From an uncultured Bacteroidales bacterium (GTDB taxonomy: Bacteria > Bacteroidota > Bacteroidia > Bacteroidales > UBA4417): a DNA stretch of 64,000 bases. The DNA is taken from the NCBI GenBank assembly GCA_903822525.1, contig CAIJPI010000180.1:46371-110370 (forward strand), read 5' to 3'. A program made the translations under genes and the position numbers. A model generated the notes under the pieces. It was given only the letters and a program-made list of their open reading frames with translations, was not told the origin of the DNA and made no database searches. This document shows, in pieces, positions 9,040-19,221 of the stretch; position 1 is the first letter of the stretch; the number at the start of each line of letters is the position of its first letter.

Positions 9040-9717
9040 TTAGAACAGGACTGAAACAGCCATTTCAAAAAAATTGGGGACTGCTTTTTCCTGAACAGAT
9101 GGATCGGTCGTATTTTTACTTTTCAGAATATTAGTGAATCCATTATTGAAAGTCAGCTCTACTCCTAATTTTGGACCGTTATTTATCTCGTATTCAGCGC
9201 CCAGGCCAACAATGAGGGATTCGCGGGCAAAGGTCACTTTATCGTAATTGCTTTTTACGCTGCTTATAGTCGTACCATCAGAGGCAATAAACTCATCCGT
9301 TTTTTTTGATCCTATTTTGAAAGCAGTGCCAAGACCGATCCTTCCGAAATATCTCATTCCGTTAATAGGATTTGTGCGCATTTTTAGGGTCAGGGGTATT
9401 TCAATATATTTCAAGAAATAATTCCTGTTCATAGTTCCGGTATCTCCATCCTGAACTTCAGGGAATGTTAATTTTCCGCCATTGAAGAGCATATTAAAGC
9501 CTGAGGCTATACTATGGTTTTCGGTAAAGTTGAATTCTGAGATGAATCCCCATGAAAATCCTGCTTTAACTCCGTTACCAGTGTAAATGTCAACATTGGG
9601 CTTTATCCAGGCTATTTGCGGTGCTGCCTTCAGACCAAAGTAATAAGCCGGGAATTGCGCATTTGCTGCAAGAGTGGTTATCGATAACAGAAATAATAAT
9701 GTTATTTTTGTTCTCAT
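9040..9717 (-). CDS. Outer-membrane beta-barrel (porin-family) protein
   Basis: Signal peptide MRTKITLLFLLSITTLAANAQ, alternating beta-strand pattern, and a C-terminal aromatic residue (...VSVLF). The ATG at 9717 is preferred over the TTG at 9753. Confidence 0.7.
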   Translation of the reverse strand: MRTKITLLFLLSITTLAANAQFPAYYFGLKAAPQIAWIKPNVDIYTGNGVKAGFSWGFISEFNFTENHSIASGFNMLFNGGKLTFPEVQDGDTGTMNRNYFLKYIEIPLTLKMRTNPINGMRYFGRIGLGTAFKIGSKKTDEFIASDGTTISSVKSNYDKVTFARESLIVGLGAEYEINNGPKLGVELTFNNGFTNILKSKNTTDPSVQEKAVPNFFEMAVSVLF

Positions 9718-9880
9718 ATTTTTATTTTGAATAAGATTGATAATTATAGGCAAAGATCGGTCAAATAAGTTTTGCAGTTAATATTTTTTTTATTTTCATA
9801 ATTGAATAAAAAATACTTTATAACTGCCTGAAATACTAACTGAGATGATAGAGCGTTCTATTCTGGTAAAAATCTGAGAT

Positions 9881-10486
9881 ATGAAAAAACTACTTCTTGT
9901 TTTATTGATTTTAGCTTTTGGCCCTTTGGGGAAGGCTCAGGGTATTTTGAGTCTGGGTCCGAAAATCGGGTTTAACTCCAATACATTGACCGAGAATTTA
10001 GACTCGATTCATGCCGGGATTAAAAATTCTTTCCAGATAGGAGCTTTTGTGCGCGTAGGTTCTAAAGTATACCTGCAGCCGGAAGTAAACTACCAGCTTG
10101 TAAGCGGAACCCTGAATAAAAGTTTAGGATCGCTTGTTCTGCAGCAGGATATTACCATTAAAACAATTAAAGTCCCTGCATTAATCGGGGTTAAGCTGAT
10201 AAATAAGGGGCCTTTCAATCTGCGGGTAATGGCTGGTCCAACCTTCACTTATCTGTTTGATAAAAAGCTTGATCCTTCAAAGATGAATGAGCTATGGCCT
10301 ATTCAGTCGGTGGATGATTTAAAAAGCAGCATCTGGTCGGTTCAGATGGGAGCAGGGCTTGACGTGCTTTTTATGACGTTGGATGTCCGATATGAACTAG
10401 GGGTGGAGAATATGTATAACGGGAGCAGTTCCTTTGATTTGAAGAATAATACGTTTAATGTCAGCCTTGGAATAAAACTGCTTTAA
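9881..10486 (+). CDS. Outer-membrane beta-barrel (porin-family) protein
   Basis: Signal peptide MKKLLLVLLILAFGPLGKAQG. Small beta-barrel-like composition, similar in type to the divergent neighbour. Confidence 0.7.
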   Translation: MKKLLLVLLILAFGPLGKAQGILSLGPKIGFNSNTLTENLDSIHAGIKNSFQIGAFVRVGSKVYLQPEVNYQLVSGTLNKSLGSLVLQQDITIKTIKVPALIGVKLINKGPFNLRVMAGPTFTYLFDKKLDPSKMNELWPIQSVDDLKSSIWSVQMGAGLDVLFMTLDVRYELGVENMYNGSSSFDLKNNTFNVSLGIKLL

Positions 10487-10514
10487 GAAGCAGCACGAAT
10501 AATAACCTGTATTT

Positions 10515-11543
10515 ATGAGTAAAACTTTTTTGCGCAGATATTTCATTCTATCGCCTTTTATTATACTGATCACATTTTATTCGTGCGGAAACCGTAATCC
10601 GGATGTTGCAATGCCCTTGCAGGCGGAGGCCAGTGCACCGGAAGGTAAAATTGTTATAAAACGTTACGAAAAAGCGCTTTTCGGGCTTGATAAAAAACAC
10701 CTCAGAGGAGGTATGGCTTCATTGTACCCAGATTTTTCTTTTTTTCTGGGAGGCCAGTGGCAGGATACAATGAATATGCTCAGGATTTATAACTTCCTGA
10801 ATGATCCGAATATAAAAGAGTTGTATGAGCTGACAGTGAAGAAGTACCCGGATGTTTCGTTTCTTGAGAATGATCTTACAGATGCATTTGCCCGTTTCAG
10901 ACAAGCGTATCCCGGGAAACCGCTTCCACAGGTGTATACGTATGTTTCGGGGCTCGACATCGACAACCCGGTATATTATTCTGATACTGCAATGGCCATA
11001 GGGCTGGATATTTTCCTGGGTAGCGATGTGTTGGCATACCCTAAAGCCGGTATTCCAAAATATAAAACCGATCGTTTTACTTCTGACCATATTTTACCGC
11101 AGTGTATGCTATCAGTTTCGGACAATATTATCAGGGTAGATGAGAAGCGCAATTTATTGCTGGATCAGATGATTGCAGCGGGGAAGGCACTTTATTTTCT
11201 CGATGTTACCTTGCCGGAAGTAAAGGATGAATATAAGATCGGGTATACTGCAGGCCAGCTGGCATGGAGTCAAAAAAACGAAAGTGAGATATGGGCCTTT
11301 GTTATTGAACATCAATTGCTTTTTTCATCTGATCCTCAAGGCATTTCGAAGATGATGACTGACGGACCATTTACGTCAGGATTTGCCGCTGAGTCGCCGG
11401 GCAGACTTGGAGCATATATGGGTTGGCAGATAGTAAGGGCTTATATGAAAGAAGCGGACGGCATAACACTAAAACAGTTAATGGAAAATACCGATGCCCA
11501 ACATATTTTAAAAGTATCGCAATTTAAACCTGGGAAGGAATAG
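10515..11543 (+). CDS. gldB: Gliding-motility lipoprotein GldB
   Basis: Lipoprotein signal ending FYSCG. The C-terminal region ESPGRLGAYMGWQIVRAYMKE...ILKVSQFKPGK matches my recollection of Flavobacterium GldB. nadE lies nearby, as I recall it does in Flavobacterium. Confidence 0.72.
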   Translation: MSKTFLRRYFILSPFIILITFYSCGNRNPDVAMPLQAEASAPEGKIVIKRYEKALFGLDKKHLRGGMASLYPDFSFFLGGQWQDTMNMLRIYNFLNDPNIKELYELTVKKYPDVSFLENDLTDAFARFRQAYPGKPLPQVYTYVSGLDIDNPVYYSDTAMAIGLDIFLGSDVLAYPKAGIPKYKTDRFTSDHILPQCMLSVSDNIIRVDEKRNLLLDQMIAAGKALYFLDVTLPEVKDEYKIGYTAGQLAWSQKNESEIWAFVIEHQLLFSSDPQGISKMMTDGPFTSGFAAESPGRLGAYMGWQIVRAYMKEADGITLKQLMENTDAQHILKVSQFKPGKE

Positions 11544-11587
11544 TTAGCTTAATATTTTTTCGGGAAATTGGTTTTGCTGTTGTATTT

Positions 11588-13078
11588 TTATTTGTCTTTT
11601 ATCCGACTCAGGCCCGCCTGGGCTTTATTGCTGATACTAAACTTATATTCCTCGAAATCCATAGCCAATACTTTTGTGTAATACTGCCGCGCTTTTACAA
11701 ATTCATTTTGTTTTTCATAGATAGTGCCAAGTTGCAGGGATGCATTGGCTGCATAATAATATGGTGATGTTTCACCGTTTCTGATGGTCTCTTTATAGCT
11801 GTTTATTGCCTCATCTGTTTTGCCCCAGTTATGGTAAATGCGTCCGAGCCTATAGGTATATTCGAGATCGTTTTTTTTATTGGATGTCTTATATGCCAAT
11901 AGTTCCTGTTTAGCACGGGCATAATAGCCGCCATCAAAAAGCAGGCGTGCTTTCAGCAATGACAAATCAGGTTTAATTGCTTTTTGCGCAAACAGGAGCG
12001 CTTCCTTGTCATTGTCAACCTGGTTGTTGCCCCTGAGTTTGATGCGTTCAACATACATATTGTATTGCTGCGGCTTATTTTGGATGAGATAATGCCATGC
12101 GAGATGCATGTAAGCTGAGCGGATATAATTTTTTCCTTTAAAACTTCCAAGGAAGTCAAGCAATGGATAACAAGCATCGGGATCAAGGCGGTTGAGCTTT
12201 GCTATGCCAAGCATATAATTAAGGTAATGAAAAGGATATCGGTCGGCTGAGCGCGGGCAATATGTGAGCAGGTCGATTGCTTTCTCATTTTCACCTGCTC
12301 TTGTATAGACATTTGCAAAAGCGTAAATAAGTATAGGACTATCGTTAAGTAATGGTTTAAACGAAGTGGTATTGATCTTATTCACCAGATCGATTGCTGC
12401 GGATGCATCAGGTGATGTATTAAGGGTAACAAAAGTCAGAAGAAAGGTTGTTTCAGGTAACAGGAAATGAAGTTTAGCATCGGAAGCAACCTGCAGATAA
12501 GCTTCTTTAATTTCCGCATTTCCTTCAGGTATAGTGCCTTCGAAGCTGAGAGAGCGGGTTGCCCAGCGATATTTTGCCGGAACGGTTCCAATAAGCGAAT
12601 GTAATATTCCCAGACCGGCTTTGTTCATGACAAAACCAGGATATTTTTTCTGGTTTTCGGTAAGTAGCCGGTAGGCTTTGCTTATATCAAGCCCAGCATT
12701 CACATATTCCCCAAATTTAATTCGTGCAAAACCAGACTGCAAGTATATCAAGGACTGGCTGTAGAGGAACCAGGGTGAATTCTGTCCCTCGGCTGCAAGT
12801 TTCTGAAGTCGTGTGTCTTTGTTATTTTGTAAGCGGATAAAGTCTTTCTCATCTTCACCTATCAGCACTTTCAGGAAGTCGATGTAGTTTTCGATTATAT
12901 ATGGAACCTGATTTTCGGGATTAAGCTTCTTTTCAGTTTGCATCCTTGTGTTTGCCAGGTTCAGCCTGAGGCACATCACATCGGAGTAAGCCAGTTTGCA
13001 GTTTTCGTTAAATGTAAATGCTGCTTCAGTCGTTGAAGAAACTATTAGGATAAAGAAAAGTGCGACTACAAGCTTCAT
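11588..13078 (-). CDS. Tetratricopeptide-repeat protein, secreted
   Basis: N-terminal signal MKLVVALFFILIVSSTTEA. TPR-like helical repeats, e.g. YYAANASLQLGTIYEKQNEFVKARQYYTKVLAM. Confidence 0.65.
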   Translation of the reverse strand: MKLVVALFFILIVSSTTEAAFTFNENCKLAYSDVMCLRLNLANTRMQTEKKLNPENQVPYIIENYIDFLKVLIGEDEKDFIRLQNNKDTRLQKLAAEGQNSPWFLYSQSLIYLQSGFARIKFGEYVNAGLDISKAYRLLTENQKKYPGFVMNKAGLGILHSLIGTVPAKYRWATRSLSFEGTIPEGNAEIKEAYLQVASDAKLHFLLPETTFLLTFVTLNTSPDASAAIDLVNKINTTSFKPLLNDSPILIYAFANVYTRAGENEKAIDLLTYCPRSADRYPFHYLNYMLGIAKLNRLDPDACYPLLDFLGSFKGKNYIRSAYMHLAWHYLIQNKPQQYNMYVERIKLRGNNQVDNDKEALLFAQKAIKPDLSLLKARLLFDGGYYARAKQELLAYKTSNKKNDLEYTYRLGRIYHNWGKTDEAINSYKETIRNGETSPYYYAANASLQLGTIYEKQNEFVKARQYYTKVLAMDFEEYKFSISNKAQAGLSRIKDK

Positions 13079-13160
13079 TTGATTTTAAAGGGAATAAGAA
13101 TACGTTTTGAGAAATACAAAAATCCGAAATATTAGTACATCAAACGCTGGTTCGGGGAAT

Positions 13161-13190
13161 AAAAAAAAGCCGGTCAGAAATTAACCGGCT
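13161..13190 (-). terminator. Rho-independent terminator after the zinc-ribbon gene
   Basis: On the minus strand, GCCGGTTAATTTCTGACCGGC is followed by TTTTTTTT. Confidence 0.7.
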
Positions 13191-13211
13191 TTCCACAAAA
13201 AGAAAATATTT

Positions 13212-14075
13212 TTAAAGGCTTAGTGAATCAGCCAGTTCTTTATCGACCAGAATGCGGCCGCAAAATTCGCAAACAATTATTTTCTTATGCAATTTTATGT
13301 CGAGCTGACGTTGCGGAGGGATATAGCTGAAACAGCCACCGCAGGCATCGCGTTCAACCGGTACAACAGCCAGTCCATTGCGTGCATTTTTACGGATACG
13401 TTTGTAGGCAATCAACAACCTTTCTTCGATCATCCTTTGTTGTTGCTCCGATTTATGATTCAGTTCTTTTTCCTCGAGTTCAGTTTCGGCAACAATATCG
13501 GTGAGTTCGCTGCGCTTGGCTTCCATGTCGTTGCGGCGGTCGCTGAGTTCGTGCTGCGCATTTTCTACTTCTTCCTTATTCATAGTAAGCTGAGTGCTGA
13601 ATTCGCGGATGCGTTTTTCGGCTAATTGTATTTCCAGGTTCTGGAACTCAATTTCCTTGGTAAGGGCATCATATTCGCGATTGTTACGCACGTTGTTCTG
13701 TTGTTCCTCGTAACGTTTGATAAGTCCCTGGCTTTCTTTAATGGCCAGATTTTTATCAGCAATCTGCTTTTCGAGCATTTCAATTTCCTGAATATAGTTG
13801 TCGATGCGGGTTTCGAGTCCTGCAACTTCATCTTCAAGGTCTTCTACTTCAAGAGGCAGTTCACCACGAACAATTTTTATACGATCGATTTTTGAATCAT
13901 TTTGCTGGAGAGTATATAAGGCAAATAATTTTTTCTCGATCGAAATTTCTGTTTCATCCTTTCCATGCTCAACCGGAGCAGGAATTTCGATGGTTTCAGT
14001 TTTTCCGATAGCACTTGCAGCCTTATTGTTCTCTTCTCCGATTGTTTCAGCTGGTTTAGCAACACTTTTTGCCAT
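13212..14075 (-). CDS. Coiled-coil C4 zinc-ribbon protein (COG1579/DUF164 type)
   Basis: Long heptad-like E/K/Q-rich region with a C-terminal CGGCFSYIPP...CEFCGRILV zinc ribbon. It lies directly downstream of a NIF3 gene, which is the usual pairing. Confidence 0.75.
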   Translation of the reverse strand: MAKSVAKPAETIGEENNKAASAIGKTETIEIPAPVEHGKDETEISIEKKLFALYTLQQNDSKIDRIKIVRGELPLEVEDLEDEVAGLETRIDNYIQEIEMLEKQIADKNLAIKESQGLIKRYEEQQNNVRNNREYDALTKEIEFQNLEIQLAEKRIREFSTQLTMNKEEVENAQHELSDRRNDMEAKRSELTDIVAETELEEKELNHKSEQQQRMIEERLLIAYKRIRKNARNGLAVVPVERDACGGCFSYIPPQRQLDIKLHKKIIVCEFCGRILVDKELADSLSL

Positions 14076-14101
14076 AGCAGATTATGATGTTTTATGTTGA
14101 T

Positions 14102-15196
14102 TTACAAATAATTAACCGGATTGGTGTTGGTTCCGGAAATAAAGAGTGCAAAAGTAGTAAATTTTTTCTTTAATAAGGTATAAATCAGTTCTTTTGTAAA
14201 TTGTTCGCTTTCATAGTGCCCGATATCGGCTAATATCATCTTATTTTCAGGTATAAAGAAGTCATGATACTTGATGTCTCCAGTCATGTAAATATCAGCC
14301 CCACAGGATATTGCGTCATTAACCAGGAAGCTGCCAGATCCACCACAAACAGCAATTTTTTGAATTTTTTTATTTTTTAGTAGTGTATGTCGGATGCATC
14401 CGATTTGAAGATTTTTTTTCACATGGATTAAAAATTCCTGTGCATCAACTGCTTCAGGAAGAGTTCCAATCATACCAGCGCCAATACGGGGGTGTATATT
14501 TGAGAGTGGGTAGATGTCGTAAGCAACTTCTTCGTAAGGATGTGCCTGTTTAAGTGCGCGAATGATATTGTTTTCGAGATAAGCAGGAAAGATAGTTTCG
14601 ATGCGCATTTCTGCTTCAGTATGCAATTCTCCTTGTATCCCAACAAATGGGTTTGTGCCGTGGAGTGCTCTGAAAGTTCCTTCACCAGGGCTACTATAGC
14701 TGCAAAAGTCGTAGTTTCCGATTTGTCCTGCGCCTGCTTTTAAAATAGCTTCACGAACTGCTTCGGAATGCGAACCCGGGCAAAAGGTAACCAGTTTTCG
14801 GAGTTTATCGGGCACAGGCCGTAAAATCTCAGCATTTAAAATGCCAAGTTTTGCACAGAGTAAACGGTTGACTCCTTCGAAATGATTGTCGAGGTTTGTG
14901 TGCAGGGCAAACACTGCAATATTTTCCTTTATGGCTCTAATCACCATCCGCTGGGTATCATTGCGTCCTGTCAAGCTTTTAATACCGGTAAAAATGAGGG
15001 GGTGATGCGATAAAATAAGGTTGCAGTTTTTTTTGATAGCCTCGTCCATTATTTCGTCAGTAATATCGAGACAAATCAATATTCCTGTAATATCGCCTTC
15101 AGCATTGCCAATCAGCAATCCGCAATTGTCATAATTTTCCTGGAGAGCTGGTGGAATTTCAGAATTCAGATAGGATATAATTTCGGATAAAATCAT
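14102..15196 (-). CDS. Nif3-like dinuclear metal centre protein (GTP cyclohydrolase 1 type 2 homologue)
   Basis: 364 aa. Contains YDNCGLLIG, ILSHHPLIF, HTNLD and the C-terminal GHYESEQF motifs characteristic of NIF3/YbgI. Confidence 0.85.
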   Translation of the reverse strand: MILSEIISYLNSEIPPALQENYDNCGLLIGNAEGDITGILICLDITDEIMDEAIKKNCNLILSHHPLIFTGIKSLTGRNDTQRMVIRAIKENIAVFALHTNLDNHFEGVNRLLCAKLGILNAEILRPVPDKLRKLVTFCPGSHSEAVREAILKAGAGQIGNYDFCSYSSPGEGTFRALHGTNPFVGIQGELHTEAEMRIETIFPAYLENNIIRALKQAHPYEEVAYDIYPLSNIHPRIGAGMIGTLPEAVDAQEFLIHVKKNLQIGCIRHTLLKNKKIQKIAVCGGSGSFLVNDAISCGADIYMTGDIKYHDFFIPENKMILADIGHYESEQFTKELIYTLLKKKFTTFALFISGTNTNPVNYL

Positions 15197-15393
15197 GCTT
15201 CAGGCCAGTTTATGCGACGAAAGCGTAAAATTAATAAAAAGCAGGGTTCGTACAACTGCATGAGAATGTTTATAGGGTAAATTGTAATTATTTATTGATG
15301 GCTCTTGGGGTGCCTTGACGGGTTTTATACAATATAACAATTCTTAGGTTAGAAATTGTCCGATTCAGTCCAAAATTATAGTATCTTTATCAC

Positions 15394-16488
15394 GTGGAAG
15401 CTTTAAAGATATTACTTTTTCCTCTTGCAGTACTTTATGGCCTTTTTGTTAAAGGTCGTAATTTATTATTTGATATCAGGGTACTTCCTTCCGAAAAATT
15501 TCCAATTCCGGTTATTTCAGTGGGAAACCTGATAGCAGGTGGTTCGGGCAAAACCCCGATGGTAGAATATATAATCCGCATGTTTGGCAATTCAGGCAGG
15601 ATTTCAACATTAAGCCGGGGATACAAAAGAAAAACAAAGGGGTATAGACTGGCCGGCGAAAATGAAACTGTTGATACTTTAGGTGATGAGCCGATGCAGT
15701 ATCTTGAGAAATTCGGGAATATACATGTTGCCGTTTGTGAGCGCCGAAAAGAAGGAATCAAGAACCTGATGAGAGATATTCCTGATCTTGATGCAGTTAT
15801 ACTGGATGATGCGTTCCAGCACAGGTACGTTCAGCCTGAATTATCAATCCTTGTGACCGATTATTTTAAGCTTTTTACCAAGGATTGGTTGTTGCCATAC
15901 GGAAGGCTTCGCGAACATATTTCAGGCAGAAAGCGTGCTGATATTATTGTGGTAACGAAAACGCCCCGAATTTTTTCACCCATAGTCAGAAAACAGCTGA
16001 TTGAAGAGATAAAGCCACTCCCCGGGCAACTGGTTTGTTTCTCTTATATTAATTATCTGCAGTATACCCCAGTTTATAGTAACAGAGATAGCTACGCCGG
16101 CAGAACCGATAATGTGTATTCAATTATAATGTTAAGTGGTATAGCTAATCCGGGGCCTATGCAGGAATATCTTCGCAGGCAATGTACAGATCTTGAAATG
16201 ATTGAATTTGCTGATCACCATGCGTTCAGTTCCAAAGACTTAATGTTATTGAAGGACAAGTTTAATAATCTTCCTACAAAACGAAAAATCATTATTACTA
16301 CCGAAAAAGATGCTAAGCGCTTACAGAATTATGAAGCGGAATCAATAATTGGTAACCTGCCCATATATTTTATACCTATTGCTTTCGAATTTCATCCGGA
16401 AGATAAATTGCTTTTTGAAAAAGCGATAAAAGCTACAATCAAAATAAGGGAATTATTACCAACTGATGTTATATCAGCAGATCAGTGA
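15394..16488 (+). CDS. lpxK: Tetraacyldisaccharide 4'-kinase
   Basis: PVISVGNLIAGGSGKTPMVEYI P-loop, followed by LSRGYKRK and ILDDAFQH. GTG start. Confidence 0.88.
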   Translation: MEALKILLFPLAVLYGLFVKGRNLLFDIRVLPSEKFPIPVISVGNLIAGGSGKTPMVEYIIRMFGNSGRISTLSRGYKRKTKGYRLAGENETVDTLGDEPMQYLEKFGNIHVAVCERRKEGIKNLMRDIPDLDAVILDDAFQHRYVQPELSILVTDYFKLFTKDWLLPYGRLREHISGRKRADIIVVTKTPRIFSPIVRKQLIEEIKPLPGQLVCFSYINYLQYTPVYSNRDSYAGRTDNVYSIIMLSGIANPGPMQEYLRRQCTDLEMIEFADHHAFSSKDLMLLKDKFNNLPTKRKIIITTEKDAKRLQNYEAESIIGNLPIYFIPIAFEFHPEDKLLFEKAIKATIKIRELLPTDVISADQ

Positions 16489-17344
16489 TAGCAAAGATTG
16501 AAAAGACGATACTTGCAATCCCGTTTAGGGTAAAAAATGCAAGATTTACTCTCCTTAAGTCATTGTATTTGACTATAGTATGCTGGTAGAACAATAAGAA
16601 GGAAAAAATTCCAAGTCCAAGCCAGTAGATAGTCTTGAAGTTCCCTTCCAAGCCTGCAGCAATGAGCAGTATAGCAGTTGTTATATGCAAAAGGAGCGAT
16701 AACAGCAATGCCTTTTTCCTGCCCAGCATTACAGGGATTGAACGAAGCTTGTTTTCGCGGTCAAAATCATCATCCTGAAGAGCATAAATAATATCAAAGC
16801 CTGATACCCAGCAAAGAACGGATAAAGAAATTATGGCCGGGATCCAATCGAAACGGCCAGTAACAGCAAGGTAGGCGCCTGTAGGTGCAAGTGCCAGACC
16901 AAGACCAAGAACAAAATGGGAAAGAGCAGTAAATCGTTTTGTAAGGCTGTATCCCAAGGTTATAAACAAAGCTACAGGTGAAAGGTAAAAACAAAGGGGG
17001 TTTATTAGCCAGGTAGCAGCAATAAATAATAGCGCATTAATTATACTGAAAGCCAAAGCAGAACGCTGTCCGATAATATGTGCAGGTATTTCCCGTTCAG
17101 CGGTACGTGGGTTAACTTCGTCAATGTGCCGGTCGGCCCAACGATTAAAGCTCATTGCCGCATTTCGGGCGAATAACATACATAAAACCACTAGTATCAG
17201 TAATTTCCAGCTGAGTGAACCGCTCTGGTGAATGGTAGCAAGTGAGAATCCAAGAAGTGCAAAAGGCAAGGCAAATATTGTGTGCGAAAACTTTACCAGT
17301 GACAGATAATTTTCTATTTTCGCAGTAATTCTCAGAAATGGCAT
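16469..17344 (-). CDS. UbiA-family aromatic prenyltransferase (4-hydroxybenzoate polyprenyltransferase-like)
   Basis: Multi-TM protein with both Asp-rich motifs, NRWADRHIDEVNPRT and YALQDDDFD. The ATG at 17344 is preferred. The 3' end overlaps the lpxK 3' end by 20 nt. Confidence 0.85.
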   Translation of the reverse strand: MPFLRITAKIENYLSLVKFSHTIFALPFALLGFSLATIHQSGSLSWKLLILVVLCMLFARNAAMSFNRWADRHIDEVNPRTAEREIPAHIIGQRSALAFSIINALLFIAATWLINPLCFYLSPVALFITLGYSLTKRFTALSHFVLGLGLALAPTGAYLAVTGRFDWIPAIISLSVLCWVSGFDIIYALQDDDFDRENKLRSIPVMLGRKKALLLSLLLHITTAILLIAAGLEGNFKTIYWLGLGIFSFLLFYQHTIVKYNDLRRVNLAFFTLNGIASIVFSIFAITDLLI

Positions 17345-17432
17345 AAGACCCTGTTTTTGTATTAGGAAGTAGCAAAAATACACAAGCTTAGTTTCATTTG
17401 TTGATTTTTTTTTATTTACTCATCATTATTCT

Positions 17433-18227
17433 ATGAAGTTCATTTTATTTACAATGATAGCTTACCTGCGCTACCTTTCGAAATCAGGTTCGCGCCATTC
17501 GGTTCATTCTCCATTTGTATATAACATTGTAAACGAGGTTTTCAAGAATACGAAGGAGCATTCGTCATTTGCAGATATTGCCATACTAAGGAGTAAACTT
17601 TTACACAGCACCCAACTGATTGAAACCACAGATTTCGGCAAAGGCAAGAATCTAAAGGATTTTGCGTTACGGTTTGAAGATGTGGCTTCCGTTGCACGAA
17701 AAAGTGCTGTTAGTGAGAAATATGGTCGTTTATTATTCAGGCTGGTTGAATATTTCCATCCCCAGACTATAGTTGAATTAGGCACTTCACTTGGCATAAG
17801 TACATTATACCTGGCGCTGGCAGCCCCAAATGCAAAAATTTTTACTATCGAAGGCTGTACTACAAAGTCAGAAAGGGCTTCATCGAATTTTGATACTATG
17901 GGAGTATCGAATATTGTTCAGCATATTGGAAGGTTTGATCTGGTTTTGCCTGATTTGATAAAACAGGCCGGGAAGCTGGATTTTGCCTTTATTGATGGGA
18001 ATCATACCTATGAGGCGACGCTCGCTAATTTTAATTCCTTACTTGAAATTGCACATAATGATACTGTTTTTATTTTCGATGACATTCATTGGTCGCCGGG
18101 AATGGAAAAAGCATGGGATAAAGTGACTTCCGACGAGCGTGTAACAGTTAGCATTGATCTTTTCAGAATGGGGATAGTATTTCTGAAAAGGGAATTGAGC
18201 AGACAAAAATTTATAATCAGGTTTTAA
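17433..18227 (+). CDS. Class I SAM-dependent methyltransferase (O-methyltransferase family 3-like)
   Basis: IVELGTSLGISTLYLA SAM-binding loop, then FAFIDGNHTYEATL and FIFDDIHWSPGM. Confidence 0.7.
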   Translation: MKFILFTMIAYLRYLSKSGSRHSVHSPFVYNIVNEVFKNTKEHSSFADIAILRSKLLHSTQLIETTDFGKGKNLKDFALRFEDVASVARKSAVSEKYGRLLFRLVEYFHPQTIVELGTSLGISTLYLALAAPNAKIFTIEGCTTKSERASSNFDTMGVSNIVQHIGRFDLVLPDLIKQAGKLDFAFIDGNHTYEATLANFNSLLEIAHNDTVFIFDDIHWSPGMEKAWDKVTSDERVTVSIDLFRMGIVFLKRELSRQKFIIRF

Positions 18228-18378
18228 GTTATTGGTAATGACTGAAAATACTATAACATTTGCACAAATACTATAAATCTGGGGATATTGATTTCAAGCC
18301 GAATTTCAACTAAATCATAATAATATTAAAAGTGATGAATTTAACATTTGCAAGCAAAAATGCATTGGTAAAAACAAT

Positions 18379-18386
18379 TACTTTTG
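18379..18386 (+). promoter_or_regulatory. Candidate -7 promoter box (TACTTTTG) for the ABC ATPase gene
   Basis: Exact TAnnTTTG match 28 nt upstream of the ATG at 18414. It lies on top of the alternative TTG start at 18384, which argues for 18414. Confidence 0.45.
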
Positions 18387-18413
18387 TTACTTAATCTTTT
18401 TATCTCTTTTAAA

Positions 18414-19139
18414 ATGAGTAAGCAGGAAATAATCCGTTTAACCGATATCACCCGGACTTATAAAGTCGGGACCGAACTTGTAAGGGCATTACGGTCGGTT
18501 TCGTTATCAATTTACAAAAATGAATTTGTTGCATTAATGGGGCCTTCAGGTTCGGGTAAATCGACCCTGATGAACCTGATTGGATGCCTTGATACGCCAA
18601 CCAGTGGCCAATATATACTTAACGATCAGGATGTTAGCAAGCTGAATGACAGCGAACTGGCACGCATACGAAATAAGGAGATTGGATTTGTATTCCAGAC
18701 TTTCAACCTGTTACCCAGAAGCACAGCACTTGATAATGTGATGCTTCCTCAGGTTTATGCAGGTGTTTCGAAAGTAGCGAGACTGGAACGTGCAAATGAA
18801 GTAATTGAAAGTGTGGGCCTTTCGGACCGGGCTCATCATAAACCAAATGAGCTTTCGGGCGGACAGCGTCAGCGTGTTGCTATAGCCAGGGCATTGGTTA
18901 ACAAGCCTTCGATTATACTTGCCGATGAGCCTACCGGTAACCTTGACTCGACAACTTCGTATGAAATAATGGGGGTATTAGAACAGATTCATCGTGCCGG
19001 AAATACGATTATTCTGGTTACTCATGAGGAAGATATTGCAAAGTATGCTCATCGCATCATCCGGTTGATGGATGGGAAAGTCTCTGCCGATTACCTGAAT
19101 ACAAATATTATTACTCCATCAGGGCAATTGAACAATTAG
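18414..19139 (+). CDS. ABC transporter ATP-binding protein (LolD/MacB-type)
   Basis: Walker [10 protein letters not shown], signature [15 protein letters not shown], Walker [12 protein letters not shown]. No permease gene is adjacent. Confidence 0.9.
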   Translation: MSKQEIIRLTDITRTYKVGTELVRALRSVSLSIYKNEFVALMGPSGSGKSTLMNLIGCLDTPTSGQYILNDQDVSKLNDSELARIRNKEIGFVFQTFNLLPRSTALDNVMLPQVYAGVSKVARLERANEVIESVGLSDRAHHKPNELSGGQRQRVAIARALVNKPSIILADEPTGNLDSTTSYEIMGVLEQIHRAGNTIILVTHEEDIAKYAHRIIRLMDGKVSADYLNTNIITPSGQLNN

Positions 19140-19221
19140 TACTGGTTTGATTGTTTATCTATGCTTGAAAAAGCAGATAGTGAGTTGGTATTGATTAATT
19201 TTTTTGGCCTGAACGGCAATT

